A DNA stretch of 63,979 bases, filler included, from Octopus bimaculoides (GCF_001194135.2; 4 parts of 4 records of this genome joined end to end with filler, not necessarily neighbours in it); one strand, 5' to 3'. Counted from the whole stretch's first letter, positions 38,441 to 52,320 are shown. Numbers and translations are program-made. Notes: generated by a model not told the origin, from the letters alone.

Positions 38441-38472
<32 letters not shown>

Positions 38473-38571
38473 TAATAATAATAATCTCTTGTTTTACTGG
38501 AGATAAACTGATTTCAATTCAGTTTCAATTGTTGTTGTTGTGTGTGTGAAAAGAAAAGAATAGAATATGAA

Positions 38572-38697
38572 TCATAAAGACATGTTACGTCCTTCAATAC
38601 TGATTGTGACAGCACGTTGAGTTTTCATTCGCCGTTTCTTTTCCTGGAACTGACGCATTTGAATTTCATATCTTGAGAGAGCTTTCTTTGATGACTT
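38572..38697 (-). CDS. IWS1: IWS1/Spn1 transcription elongation factor, last coding exon
   Basis: Acceptor ttcttctcaatccttacag. Translates KSSKKALSRYEIQMRQFQEKKRRMKTQRAVTISIEGRNMSL*, matching the metazoan IWS1 C-terminus as I recall it (human ...AVKISIEGNKMPL). 126 bp, starts in phase 0. Confidence 0.95.
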   Translation of the reverse strand, partial: KSSKKALSRYEIQMRQFQEKKRRMKTQRAVTISIEGRNMSL

Positions 38698-39149
38698 CTG
38701 TAAGGATTGAGAAGAAGAAAAAAAATGAATTCAATTTATAAATATTGTTACCAATATTATCAAAAAAATCTTTAAAAACAAGTTTTTCTGAGAATACACA
38801 TGTTCCGGTTGTTAATTTAAATAATACAGATTTTTATATCTTCATTGTTTTACTGTTTGTCTTTCGATTGTGACAGAACATGAAGAAGTAAGCAATAGAG
38901 CATCTCTTTGGTATCATCTCAGTGATTTTCAGAGCTCTCAAACACCAGACAAACTATTTTGTAAAATGTTTGAAAACAACTTGCTAAGCAATAATTGAAG
39001 AGGGATAAAAATCTCAGAAAGAGAGGAAGAATTTGAATATAAAGAAATACAGCAAAAGGAAAAGATAAATTAAATATAGGGAATGAAAGAGAGGGATAAA
39101 GATGCAGAGACAGTATAAAAGAGAAAAATGAAGTAAATGATTGTCTTAC

Positions 39150-39258
39150 CCGCGGGTTTTCATCAACATTCCATTTTGGTCGTACCACATAGTCTTTGTT
39201 GGAAGGCATAGGTACACGAGCTCTATAGACCCAGCCCTTCTCACCAGGACGAAGTGCT
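39150..39258 (-). CDS. IWS1: IWS1 coding exon
   Basis: ttgcag...gtaaga boundaries. [36 protein letters not shown] contains the [20 protein letters not shown] signature. 109 bp, phase 2 to 0. Confidence 0.97.
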
Positions 39259-40780
39259 CTGCAAAGGAAACAATAGGATGTAATATAAGAGAAGCTTGAA
39301 ATTCAATACTCTATGACTAATAGGTTAATATCAAAAAGAGGAATAAACCAAGCTGTAAAATCCTTTCTTTCATTAATTTAAGTAAAATGCTTGGTTTTAA
39401 CACAAAATACATGTTTAAATCTCTTAGCAAGAACCTCATAATACCTGTAGAAGAGAAATAAAGCTCTAACTCAAATAAGTAACTGATTCATATAGGATTA
39501 AATGTTATGTTCAGAGTGACAACAGTGAATTTGAACTCATTATCCATGGATTGATAGCCCAATACTTTATGTACTTATCCATCACAATATATAAATATTT
39601 GTTATTATTGGAAAGACAGGCTAAAATATTTTGTAAAACAAAATTAAGCTAAAGGTTTTCTTTAGTTCAAACAGATGTTAATGTTCAAAAAATTCTTAAT
39701 AATTTGAAACTTGGTTAGAGAAAGAAAATAGAAAATAGCAGGAATCATTAGCATCTAAAAAAAAAAAAATTTACAATTTCAGGTAATTACAAATTATAAA
39801 AAAACTTCATGTTCAAAGGAAAGTCTGATCTTTGTTAGCATGACAGCAGCGGACACAGTTCAGTCATCATAGATCCTATCAGTGCCATATAGTCACCCCA
39901 AACCAACTTTACATAAAGAAAAAGTTATAAAATTTTAATTTTAAACTAATTCTTAATTTCTTGAATCTCCTCTTTTCTTTGTAAGTCACTGACAATTCAT
40001 TAGATTTTGGTCTTCTTTCCTTCACTAATATACTTTCTATTTATAAAGAATTTTCTGTGTACATGTTTCAGCACACTAAAACCTACATGCACTATTAATG
40101 ATATTTCCCTTCTCTCTAAATTAGGCAGTATGAATGTCATAATTTCCACAGTTCTTCCCTTGTAGTTCTCATGCTTCCTGTTATTAGAATTTACTATATA
40201 CAGTGAAGCAAGTAAACATTATGGTAATTTCATCCCACTTCATTTTGAGTTCAGGTTCTAGTATCAATAAAACAAATACAAGTAACATATCAGAGTAAGT
40301 GAAACAACTCCATAAACAATACACCTGCAAATAAAGCTACTACATTTGCTGCTTCCTTTGCTTCTAATTCCATTCTGCACACAGCACAAAAAAATCCTCT
40401 TGCTGTTTCACCACAAAAATTGTCAAAATTCACTGAACTTAAAAAAGTTTGCAGTCCAATGAATGATCAGTTATATCAGGACATGTGTACATGCTCTCCA
40501 TGATGAGATATTCTCCTGACTGCCAATTACCAGCCTATTGCCCTCACTATTGATATCTTAAAAAGATTGAAGTAGTTGTAAACAACCAACTCCTTTAGTA
40601 ACTACAAATTTAGCTCCTTCAAAGCCAAATCTATTAGACATCTTTTCTCCAGTGATCTTCTGTTCTTGACAATATTTTCTGTTATCTTATAGAAAACCTT
40701 TATCAGAAAAAGCTAAAAACATAAATCTCTAATCTGAGACTAAAACTATAAATTAAAAATTTTTATGAAAATCAGCTTAC

Positions 40781-40840
40781 TTTTCTTCACTATTTAATGC
40801 TTTATCTATGTCTCTCCGGGGTGTTTCTCCACCTTGATCA
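40781..40840 (-). CDS. IWS1: IWS1 coding exon
   Basis: ttacag...gtaagc boundaries. (S)DQGGETPRRDIDKALNSEE(K), similar to human GGQTPRRDLEKVLTGEEK. 60 bp, phase 2 to 2. Confidence 0.95.
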
Positions 40841-41259
40841 CTGTAATGAAAAGATTTGTTGGGGTCAAAAAAGATAACATCAAGAGAAATGAGTGATAGG
40901 ATGAAAGAAAGGACAATTATTTTACATTAAAGTAGGTACAATGGTTGTGAGGTTAAGGTGTGGACTATAGACCATAAAAGACATTTGGTTGTAAAACATG
41001 CATGCCAATGAAATGCCATTTATATATGAAGGCATAAAAAAATTGAATCAGTATAAACAGTGCTTAATTTTGTAAATTTTATGATATGTGCATAAAATAA
41101 AGAGATAAAGCATTGTCATGTAGAATTAGCAAGTAATTTTATTTAAACTAGTAATGAAAAGTCAGCAACTAATACAAACTATACTTTCTAGGTGGGAAGT
41201 CAATGACTAACTTGAAGGAAAAATAAAGTAAGAGAGAAATGCTAAAATAGAAAGCGCAC

Positions 41260-41368
41260 CTGACTCTCCGTTTTTTAGGCAACTGTTGGTAATCTCTTTC
41301 TTCTCGATCTTCTTTTGACAACATACTATAGTCTGATGTTAAGTTGAAAATTGGTCGAGACCATTCAT
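41260..41368 (-). CDS. IWS1: IWS1 coding exon
   Basis: tttcag...gtgcgc boundaries. (N)EWSRPIFNLTSDYSMLSKEDREERDYQQLPKKRRV. 109 bp, phase 1 to 2. Confidence 0.95.
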
Positions 41369-43097
41369 CTGAAATAGACATATTCATTTTTTAACTTCCA
41401 AAGTCATTAAATACAACAAACATTTTACAAATTATATTTTTCAGATCAGGCAAATGGATTGATATGTTAGAAAGATGCCAGCTAAATCAAATCTTACTAC
41501 TACTGACATACTACCCAAGTCACTTAACTTTTTTGGGGAGTAATTTACTACAGTGTAACTTAGTACCACAGACACAAAGTTGTGGGAAGCAACTTACTAG
41601 AGGTTCATTAGCTTGCCAAATCATATCATATACTTAGAGATGAGAAAAAAAAAATGTCAGATAATCCTCTAAACAATCACGTTACTTTGGCCAGTGGAAC
41701 ATCATTTAACTGACTATGTATTAGCTGTAATGGTGAGATTAAATCCTATTCATATGGGTTACAACAGAGAAGATAACCTTCTGGAGTACTATCATACAAG
41801 ACATGCCCAAATATGACTCATACAAACCTTTCAATGATTACTCTCAAATGTAGTATAACAATAAATGCACTGAAGGTCACAGGTTAGAACACCACTTGCC
41901 TGAATACCCTTAGTTAAACATAGACAATGGAGCTGGCATTAATAATTTCTTTATTCTTTTCTTTTATTAGTTTCAGTTCTTGGACTTCAGCCATGCTAGC
42001 ATTCTACTTTCAAGGGTTTTGGGTTTCTGCATAATTTTCATCAACCAAATTTTGCTCACATGGCATTAGTAAGATACACTTGTCCAAAGGATGCAGTGAG
42101 ATTGAAACTGAATCCATATAACTGTAAAGTGAACAGGCCATACCTGCATCATCAAGAAATCATTTACAAAAAACAAACAAACAAAAAAACTAGTATTTGT
42201 TTAAATGCCATATTTGTAAATAATATGCATTTACATATAATGTGCATCACAGATTGATGCACATAGAAAAAAGTGTCAATTGCTGTCTAAAATACATCAT
42301 AAAAGTTCATGAATTTTAAATAATGCAAAACTTGAATTTGAGAGTAACCTTTGAACTTCACTGGTGTAAGCTATAGAATAACACTAACAGTGTGAAAAAT
42401 CACATGACCATGACTTACTTGGAAAATCAACTTCATTTTGATGATGATGGAATATTTAAATAAGCTTTTACTCAATTTTAGCATTTAATTTGTACAGTGA
42501 TGCATAAGCAAGTAATTTAAAAAATTTCTTGAACATTTTTATAATGCTGTTTCTTTTCTTAAACAGTCTTTGAACTTTCATGTTTTAAACATCAAACATC
42601 TAGGATCTGACAAAATACTTTTGTTCTAATTAAAAAAAAAAGAATCTTAATAATCTGAAACAGCATTTTAAGTTTTCAGGTTAAAAACCATAAAAAAAAA
42701 ACCTCTCAGTGTTTTGTTTGCAATTTCGTAGAACAAGAATTGTGTTGATATCGTATTGGTGTCTATTTATTGTAGGGATTTCCATCAAGTCATAAACAAA
42801 AAATAGAGGTTTATTGCTATCAATGTCAATTTTATTTTCTGAATGCTTCATATTGACAATCAGAAGTAAAATATTGCCATATTTAACCAGATATTGGTCA
42901 ATACAATTTCTTATAAAAATATACTGAATATTTAATATAGTATCATCTAATAATAATTCTGCTTGTATCTCTGTTACTTAGCCCATCCATAACACTTTGA
43001 CGCGATTAGTTGAAGGGAAAGGCAAAGAGTGAGAAAGAGGGAGAGTGCTGTGTATTAAGTCTATAAAATTGTGCATAAAGTATATAAAGTAATCATC

Positions 43098-43390
43098 TGT
43101 TGTAAAGTGGGTTCCTCCCACTGGTGTGATGTGTGACTGCTGCTGTATTGTAGTTGCTGTTTTACGCTAGTAGCCACAATAGTTACTAGTTATCAGATAC
43201 TGTTGTATCTCTTTGTACTGGAATAGTAATACATTAACTTCTTCTGTCTTACCATTGCTGATAGCTCCACTAGACACTGACTAGAACTGTCAACTCTCGA
43301 CCCTCTCTTGATGACGGCTACCGGTCTATTTATAATAGCTGCATCCTACCACTTTTTACCGGGAGGGATATACAGTTTCACTATACAACA
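43098..43390 (-). promoter_or_regulatory. 3' LTR with TATA-like element
   Basis: Minus-strand TATAAATA at 43327-43334, also present in the 5' LTR. Confidence 0.5.
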
Positions 43391-46300
43391 TCCCTTTTAA
43401 TCATTTTATTTAACAATCAATTTCTTTTATTCACCCCACCTCCTCCTCCTTTTTAATATATACTCAATATCTTTTGTTCTTAGGGTCTTCTTTTAGGAAT
43501 TCAGTTTTCTTCCTTTTCCTTGTACGTGTGGTTTTGACTTTTTGTAACAGTGTTGGAACCTGAAAAATGTCATAGCCAATCCATTGGTATTTCTACTCTT
43601 GTTTGTTCCTTTTCTATGACTCTTTCTTTAAGCTGATTTCTATGCCCCCTTTTCATTCCATTTCTGCTTCTTACACCAGACACCATTCTTCCTACATATG
43701 TTATAATTTCACCTTCTTCCTAGTATTGCTTGCCATTTTCGTACATTCTTATATATACCTTATCACTGATTCTAAAGAATTTTGGCATGTCTTTACCAGT
43801 ACATATTTTTTTCTTTACTGGTAACAGTTTATCAAATACTGATTTCACCTTTCTGGCAAACATTAATTCTGCTGGTGGACTTCCTTCTGGCACATCTGGG
43901 TTCAGAGTTACCCTGTATACCCTTAAGAATTGTTGGATTGCAACCTAATCCGTGGCTTCCTTATTAGCTTTCTTTAAAGCTCTCTTAAAAGTGTCCACGA
44001 ACTGTTTGGCCTTTCCATTCAATCTAGGGTGATATGGTGCTATCATTTTATGTTCTAACATGAACATCTTGCAGAATCTTTTAAACTCACAGGATACAAA
44101 ATGTGTTCTGTTATCAGAGACAATTATATTCAGTAGACCAAATCTTGCGAACAGCTCGTGTATGAAGTATATTACTGTATATAAGGTTGGTTGTTTACAC
44201 CTTGCAACCTCAGGCCATTTTGTGTAGCTGTCCACTATTATTAAGTAATAATATCCATTTACCAGACCTGCAAAATTGATATGCAATTGGGATCATGACT
44301 TCCGGCCAAGGTTCACATTTTCTAGTTGGTAGTTTTACTGCCAGTGCACATCCTCTGCAGCCTTTTACCAGGTTTTCAACTTCCTTGCCTATGCTTGGCC
44401 AGTATATGAAACTTCGCATCAGCGCTTTCATTCTAGAGATGCTTGGGTGTCCCACTTGGAACTCTTTTAGAATTTTCTTCTGTAATGTCTGTGGTATGAC
44501 CACCCTCTGAGCGTACGTTAATACACCATCACATATAGAGTACACACTCACATCTTTGCAAACAGACCTTTCTTTATTTCCTTTTGTTGACCAGTTTTCT
44601 TTTTGTCATTCCTCACATTTTCTTTTTTTCTTCTAAAGTTACTGGTAGTTTACACTTGATGTTCCACATCACATATTTTGTTTCTGCTTCTGCTCTTAGT
44701 GTTGCTATTATGGTGTCCTTCAGCAGTTCATTATTTCTCAGAATTAACCAAAACAGACTACCGGCATGCCCCAATGTTTTTGAAGACAGACCACCGGCAT
44801 GCCCCAATGTTTTTGAAGACAGACCACCGGCATGCCCCAACTTCCATTCTATAATCATAGTGTAATAGAATGGTACTCCACTGCTGCAATCTGTTTGCCA
44901 CATGTGTTGGGATTCCTTTCTTGGATCTGTATACTGTTATTAGAGGTCTATGGTCTGTTTGCAACCAAAATCGTCTGCCGTGACTGAATCTGTGGAACAT
45001 TTTCACACAAAATATAATAGCCAATGCTTCTTTTTCAATATCCTTGATAAGTGAGCTATGGCCTTTATCCTGCCATCATTATCTTTGTGTAGGAGCATCC
45101 CATACATGCTAGCATTATCTTTTAACTCATTAAATGCTTTCTGGCATTTCTCTGTCCAAACCCATTTGACATTTTTTTTTAGTAATTCAATAAGTGGTGC
45201 CCTTATCTTATGTATATTTGGGATATACACTTGGTAATAATTTATCAAGCTTAAGAATGCTTGTAGCATTGCCACGTTTGTTGGGGGTGGCATATTTTGT
45301 ATTGTCATCACCCTTGATGGGTCTGGTCTGTGTTCACTTTCGTCAATTACGTGACATATGTATTTTATTTTTTCTATCAAAAATTTGCATTTTTCTTCCA
45401 TCAGTTTTAGCCTATATTCACTTATTTTCTCGAATACTTTCTTTACGTGTTCAACGTGTTGCACCCAAGACTCACTCTTTATCAAAATGTCATTGAGGTA
45501 TGCAATGGTGAAGTCGCAATCATTTAACATCACATCCATTATTTGCTGGAATATGGCAGGTGCTACTTTTACTCCAAACGGCAGTTGTTTGAACTTGTAT
45601 AATCCATGGTGTGTGTTGATTGTTAGTAGATGTGTGCAATCTTCCTCTAACTGAATTTGAAGGTATACCTCTGAGAGGTCTAACCTTGAGAAAATTTTCC
45701 CTCTGTTTAGTTTAGCAAAAACCTCTTCTGGGTTTAATAGTGGGTAATTGTGTAAGAGTAAACAGTCATTTAATCCGGTTGAGAAGTCTGCACACACTCT
45801 TAGCTTATTATTATTTTTTTTATGTAGACGCCAGTGCTGCCCAGTCTGGATGGTCAATCTTTTCAATTGTATTCATGCTTTTCAACCTTTCTAGTTCTTT
45901 ATTGACCTGGTCTACCACCATAAGTAGCATGTTCTGTTTGGGCCTGAAAATAGGTGTTGAATTTTCTTTGATAGCAATCCTTGCTTTTGTTTTTGTACAA
46001 CAGCCTAAACCTTCCAAAAAAACTTTTGAGAAAGTTTCTTTCATTTTTTTTGTCTCAGTTCATCAATCTCATTTGATTGTTTGACTGCTCCATTTACATT
46101 ATTGCACAAAACGCTTATGGGTGTATCCCATAAATTAAATTTCTCCATACATTCAGTGCCAAATAAATTCATGGATTTTTGCAACACATAAACATTCACT
46201 TTTCTGGTTCGACCTTTGAATGTTATATTACAAATGTATTTGCCCATAAACTATAATTTTCTTCCTGTAACACCATATGCTATTTTGTTTGGACTACATA

Positions 46301-47790
46301 ATTTTGGTTAACCCATTTGTTTCCATGTTTTCTCACTTATGTTTATGATGTCACTTCCAGTATCTAATTGCATTCTGTCACTAGTGGTTTCAATTCTCAC
46401 CTTCACAAATTTTCTGTTTGTTGTAGTCACAACTTTTCCTGCTGACAAACTATTTTTTTTTTCTCATTGTTCCATTTTCCCATCATTCTAGTTTTGCAGT
46501 GCGATTTTATATGTCCTGTAAACCCGTAGTGAAAACACTTTGCTTTTTTATACAGACAATCTTTTTTCACCACATACCATACATGGGTCTACATCCTGAT
46601 ATTTTTTGTTTTTCCTGCAACACTTTATTTATCTTCCAACTTTTTTTGCATTGGTCTTATGTGAAAACACTTTTTCTATTGAATTTCTTCTGTGTCGTGC
46701 CTTAATCTTAATATCATGTCACACTCTTCCGACAGTTTCTACAATGTCGAATCCTGATTTGCTTCCAGTTTTGCTAAATTTTTCATTTGGATTTCTGCAT
46801 CCCTTTTGTCTGTCAAATCTTGTGCAAAAATCAAACACTTGAAAGAATCTGGAGTAAGCATATCCAGCCTAAATTTCTCACATTCTTTGTTGACTCTGCC
46901 TGTGTAAGTAGTGAAGTCTTTATCTTTGCTCTTTTCTATGTTTAAACATTTCCATATAGTATTAAACAGTGAGCTCTTTTCACTAAACATTTTGCATAAA
47001 ATGTCAACTGTGTCGGTGAAATTTATTTTGGATGTTTTTTTTTTTGTTTTTTTGGCAATATGAGGTTACTATATTTCTCATGCTCTGCTGTTGCTAGTTT
47101 TCTTAAAACTAGATGCATTTTCCTTTTGTCTGTCCAATCCTGACATTCTTTTTCAAAAATTTGTTCAAATCTTCGAAAGTAAGCCTGGAAGGTTATTTGA
47201 ATTCGTTTATGGAATCTGCTACATGGTCAGGCGAAAATGTATTCTCTAGTTTGGTTATTAAATTCATTAGTTGTAACATTTGCTACTGCAATCTTTGTTG
47301 TTGTTCTCGTTCCTTGAGTTGTTGTTGTTTTTGCAACTCAACTACCCCAGCTAACAAGTCTTCCATATTTTATGATTTTTGTAAGTTTGCACAAGATCTG
47401 TTTCTTTTTTGTTGAGTTATTTAATTTTCCATGTGAATTAGTTTAAACTATGTGTGAATGCTTTTTTTTCACTCCATGTAAATTTGTTTTTCCTTGTCAC
47501 CACTGTTGTAAAGTGGGTTCCTTCCACTGGTGTGATGTGTGACTACTGTTGAACTGTAGTTACTGTTTTACGCTAGTAGCCACAATAGCTATTAGCTACT
47601 GGATACTGTTGTGTCTCTTTGTACTGGAATAGTAATACACTAACTTCTGTCTATCACTAATAGCTCCATAAGACACCAACTAAAATTGTAAACTCTTGAC
47701 CCTCTCTTGATGACCATCTACTTGTCTATTTATAATAGCTGTCTCCTACCACTTTTTACCAGGAGGGGTATACAGTTTCACTATACAACA
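43098..47790 (-). mobile_element. Full-length decayed Ty3/Gypsy LTR retrotransposon in an IWS1 intron
   Basis: LTRs 43098-43390 and 47504-47790 with TGTTGTA...TACAACA ends. Minus-strand PBS-like tggtgacaagg and PPT aaaaggga. Flanks tcatc/taatc (4 of 5 match). gag zinc knuckle, protease MQLDTGSD, RT LRVCADFSTGLN and PFGVKVAPAIFQ, RNase H LQTDHRPL, integrase IVDSYTKWPEV and APYHPRLNG. Many stops. Confidence 0.95.
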
Positions 47791-48237
47791 TAATCGTATT
47801 TCAATTTCTTTCACTTTTCAATGATTAGCAGATGAATGACTATTTTTTAATACAGACACAACCCAGGCCACGCTTTCAGGATTTTTGGATCAAGTTTTCT
47901 GAAGTAACCCCATAAGTTTGCCATTAATTCCATGCAATATTCATGGGTCCCACTTTTGAGAAAGAAGACTAATATTTAATTCATATATAGGTTTAAACTT
48001 CTGCTAAAAAAGTGAGTGTTATACATAAATACTGTAATCTGAACTGGACACACAGGCTAATTAGTCTCTACCAGGATTTGTACTCATACATTTAGAATAT
48101 CAATAACTTACAACAAATTTGACACTGTAGCATATATTTTCTCTAGTTACAGAACTGTGGTTAATAATAAAGCTTTACATGCTATTTCAAAAACTTTATT
48201 GTACATATACATAAGAAATAAATAAGAGTTTACATAC

Positions 48238-48355
48238 TTATTAGTTTTCCAGCACAGATTTTATTTCCTCGAGTTTCTTTAGGATGTTTATATAAATACA
48301 TTACTGCTTTTCCTATACCACTGCTCTTTAAGCTATCTGTTCCAATTGGTGGAAA
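48238..48355 (-). CDS. IWS1: IWS1 coding exon (TFIIS N-terminal domain)
   Basis: ttttaag...gtatgt boundaries. FPPIGTDSLKSSGIGKAVMYLYKHPKETRGNKICAGKLI. 118 bp, phase 0 to 1. Confidence 0.97.
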
Positions 48356-48989
48356 CTTAAAACAAATAAAAATCATATTTATTTTCATTAGAGCATTCCA
48401 AATATAAAGTTACAATAATCTTTTTCTCATTAACAGAACAAATTTGAAGATGAGTGAATTCAATTGCCTAAAGAAACTTGACTAGTACTTTATTATCCCT
48501 AGATGAATAAAGAGCTAAGTTGAACATGTGAACATGGAGGAATTTGATATGATGATATACTAAGATAAAATAAAATACCACAAGGTATTTAGTCTAGCAT
48601 GCTACCATTAAAAATGATTTCTTTTTATAGTAATAATGATTTCTAACATTGGGACAAGACCACACATTTTAGAAGAGGATATAGTCAATAATTAAACCAA
48701 CCTAGGGAATTATCTGCATGATTGAACTCAGAATGTAGGCTGATATAACTAAATAGTTCATAGCAATTGATCAAGTGTTTACCATTTGTGGCATGCACCA
48801 CCATTTTGGTAATAGTGATAACAATAGCATCATAATTAATAATGATGTTATCAATGATGATTGTCATGCATCATAACTTCTATGAGTGGTTCCATTTTCC
48901 AAGCTGCCTTAACCTTGCTACATTTGTATATTATAATATTGAGTGATGAAATGTGAATTCCCACTAAGAAACAAAAAGAAGACATAGTA

Positions 48990-49900
48990 TATGCAGTCAT
49001 TCAAGGAAGAATGATGGTGATATCCTGATTTTAAACATTGGTTTCAACACGATAAAACTGAAGTAAGTACTGCAACATTAGTCAAACATAAGTGATGCTT
49101 TGATATGGCTAAATCTAGTAGCAACTTATGAAGAAGAAAAAGGTGCAAAGAAAGTGAACAAACAACCAAAAGTAAACTGTTTGTTTCCAGCTGTTATGTT
49201 GAACATAACATTCCCTTTACAAAAGTTGATAATCTTCTGATGGCATGTGAGAAAGCATTTCCAAACAGTAAGATTGCTGGAAAATTATCAATGAAAAGGA
49301 TAAAAACTTTGGTATGTTATTCAGAATGAAATAGACTTTCATAAAAAAATTTTTTTAAAAATAGCGATGACATATCTGTAAGATAGAAAAGTTTTCTAAC
49401 ATAATTGATGAAAGTGTAGACATTTCAGTTACCCAAATTTTTGCTTTAGTTATGAGATACTTTGATTTGTAAAAGCAGAATATCACAAGCTCTTGGTCTT
49501 TATGATGCTGTAAAATATACCTTGCATGAAAGAAATATTCTTATAGAAAAAAAAACTGAATTTGCAAGTAATAGGTATTCTTCCTTGTTGGGTACCAAAC
49601 ATAGGTTCCTGAAAATATTGAAAGATGGTGTACCTTTTGCTTTTAATATAGGATATTTGTCATTCTTTCACTTTTTGAGTTGCACCCATTTATAGAGGTT
49701 TTCATAAAATATTTAACATCTTACTTTTCTTGCAGCAGCAAGAGCAATTGGATTTCACACTTATTCAAGAAAAGAAGTTATTGTGACCCCTTTCCGTAAA
49801 AAATATCTGAACTTGCACAAACAAGGTTGTTTTCCTGACAAATAATTATTACAGTGATATTAGAACAATATGATGCTTTACTTCATTATTTCTGAAATAA
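48990..49900 (+). mobile_element. Decayed hAT-superfamily transposase
   Basis: VEHNIPFTKVDNLLMACEKAFPNSKIAGKLSMKRIK, IIDESVDISV...ALVMRYFD (49401), ILEQYDALLHYF (49857). Confidence 0.8.
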
Positions 49901-50249
49901 AACAAAAGTTGACAAGTCAAAGTTGATGGTACCAGGAGAATTTTAATGCATTAAGTCAAATATAAAACCAGTTTGGTGCCTGGTGTGAGTAAGACTACTG
50001 GAAACTGTAATATAAAAGAGGCTTAAAAGAACAACCATATTACATTGTCTATCATGTGGATAAATAGGGGAAACATTTGGATCTTAGGTAGAGGGCTCTG
50101 TTAAAAAAAAATATATTGCAATCTCCATTCCATGTTAGTACAACCAGCATTAAGCTTGTGATTTGTTCTGGGTAGTGTGAGATGAGAGCACAAAAGATGC
50201 ATATTTCAGCACTCTGAAACAGATCCAAGATGGAACAACCATCAAGGAT

Positions 50250-51560
50250 TGGGTACTAGTACGTTACAACCCTCACGGTAAAGAGCAAGAACTAATGGAA
50301 GAGGCCAAATTCAATCACCTAGATACAGTTTGTGTCTCCTGAACATAATTCCATGGGTCTGGTTTTGCAGATTTCGCTAGAGGGTGAAAACTCCATCACT
50401 CATGTGTGGTGCCAACTATGTCTGCACAGGCAGATGCAGGGATACTTACAAATCCCATAGTTCCTGGCTGTTAGATTTTAAGGAATGGATCCCACTAGGT
50501 GGGAGAGTTTGCCTCCAGAAGCTTAGACTGAAGGAAGGCTTGCAGTGGATGTTGCAAGTATATGCACCAAACAGCAAGCCAAATACAAATCCTTCTTTAA
50601 TAAGGTCCCTGCAGCTTTAGATGTAGTTAAAACTGAATCATTTGTCCTACAAGGAGACCTCAATGCACATGCTGGCACTGATTACTGGATGTGAAAAGGA
50701 GTGATTGGGAGGAATGGCAACCCTGAACACAATGCAAATACAGAGGCCTTACTTCTGTGCTGGAAATGGGCTCACTATTATGAACACATTCTTCCAGAAC
50801 AGAGATATCCATAAGTATACCTAGTATAGGGATACTTTGGGGCAAAGGTCACTGATAAATTGTTATCATCCCTGACCTCTTTGATTTTGAGCTAAATGAT
50901 GACAACCTAGGTGTCTGTAACCTGAGACTATCTACAGCAATGAGTTTCCACAAAGCTAGTAAATCCAATGCAACTTACAGGATAAAGTCCTGGTAGATGA
51001 TGAGATCAGAATACACTGAGGCACAAAAAGTTGCAGTAGAGCCAGAGTAAATTTCCAAGGCCAAGCCAAGAGAGGATTTAAAGTTAAGGAGGACTTTAGA
51101 TCAGCCATTAAAGCATTCTTGTAGATTATTCACTGACTTTGTAACAAGAAGTCCTCTTCCACACCTGCCAGAGGAGAGCATTCTTGGGAGATGGAGAGAA
51201 TACTTTGCTGATTTTCCAAATTCAGTTACAATATAATCTTCTGGTGGATATGGGGTGCAACTAGGGGCAAAGACCAACTTCACAGAGGATGAAATTGACC
51301 TAAGATGCTAAAAGCCTTAAATAGAGAAAGTATTATCTGGCTGATTCATGCATGCCAGGTAGCTTGAACCTCTAGAAAGATACCAAAGCAATGGCAATCT
51401 GGGGGATATACAGTATAACCAACTAGATATTCACTCTGCAGCAGGTCTTTCAGAAATTGTGGGAATATCTTCTAAGAAGTGTACACTTCTTTTGTAGCCT
51501 TCAAAGAGGCATATGATCATGTGCCACAGGGCATGCTGTAGAGGGCTTTGCACTGCAAAT
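50250..51560 (+). mobile_element. Decayed RTE LINE fragment (APE and start of RT)
   Basis: LQVYAPNS, LQGDLNAHAGTD, GLTIMNTFFQNRDIHKYT, and a decayed RT motif-A region near 51490-51530. Confidence 0.78.
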
Positions 51561-51561
51561 A

Positions 51562-52320
51562 TACCAGGTTGACTTCAAAATTTTGTTTGATTTTTACTGA
51601 TGATTTTTGGCAACTTGTATCTCCATATTATATCACTAATTTGATATACCTTGTCTAATTGTTGCTAAATTGTTTTTTCTTTATTTTACAGCCTTGATAA
51701 TAAGTGGTGAAATAATTGCAATTAGAGCTATTTTATGTCCCCTATGGAAAAAAGGAATGAGTCCAAGGGCAGTAGCAAAATAAATTAATGATGTGGAAGG
51801 CCCAGGAACTCTCAATGAATGTGTGGTACAAAACTGGTTCAGATGAATCAAAGAAGGTGACACCAGCCTTGAAGACAAACCAAAATCAGGGAGATTTTTT
51901 GTTGTGCAAAATAAGGCCTTGCTTGAAATAGTTGAACAACAATCAAGCACAAGCACTTGTACATTATTGGCAGAATTTGGTTCTTCACAAGGCACTAGTA
52001 ATTGACACCTCCATAAGCTTGGCCTTGTGAACAGACACTGCCAAGAAGCTCCTCATGAACTGACCAATGACCAAGCTCAACAATACAAACATTTGCAACA
52101 ACTGCAGGCAAATTCTCAAGATGCTTGTTTTTGACATTGAATTGTAATTGAGAATGAAAACTGGATCTATTTTCATAATCCTAATGAAAGAAATAAATGG
52201 ATTTATTCTGGCCAGGCTTCAGAACCTGTTGTCAATAAAGGGCAATTTGCTGAGTGTTTGGTGAAATTTCAAGGGGGTATTGCACATTAAGTTTGTTCCA
52301 TATGGTCAACAATTGGAGTG
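51562..52320 (+). mobile_element. Decayed mariner transposase, 5' part
   Basis: IRAILCPLWKKG...INDVEG...VVQNWFR*IKEGDTSLEDKPKSGR...HLHKLG...PHELT...IVIENENWIYFHN (mariner HTH, WVPHEL and TGDEKW equivalents). Possible TA|CCAGGTTG left end. Confidence 0.85.
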
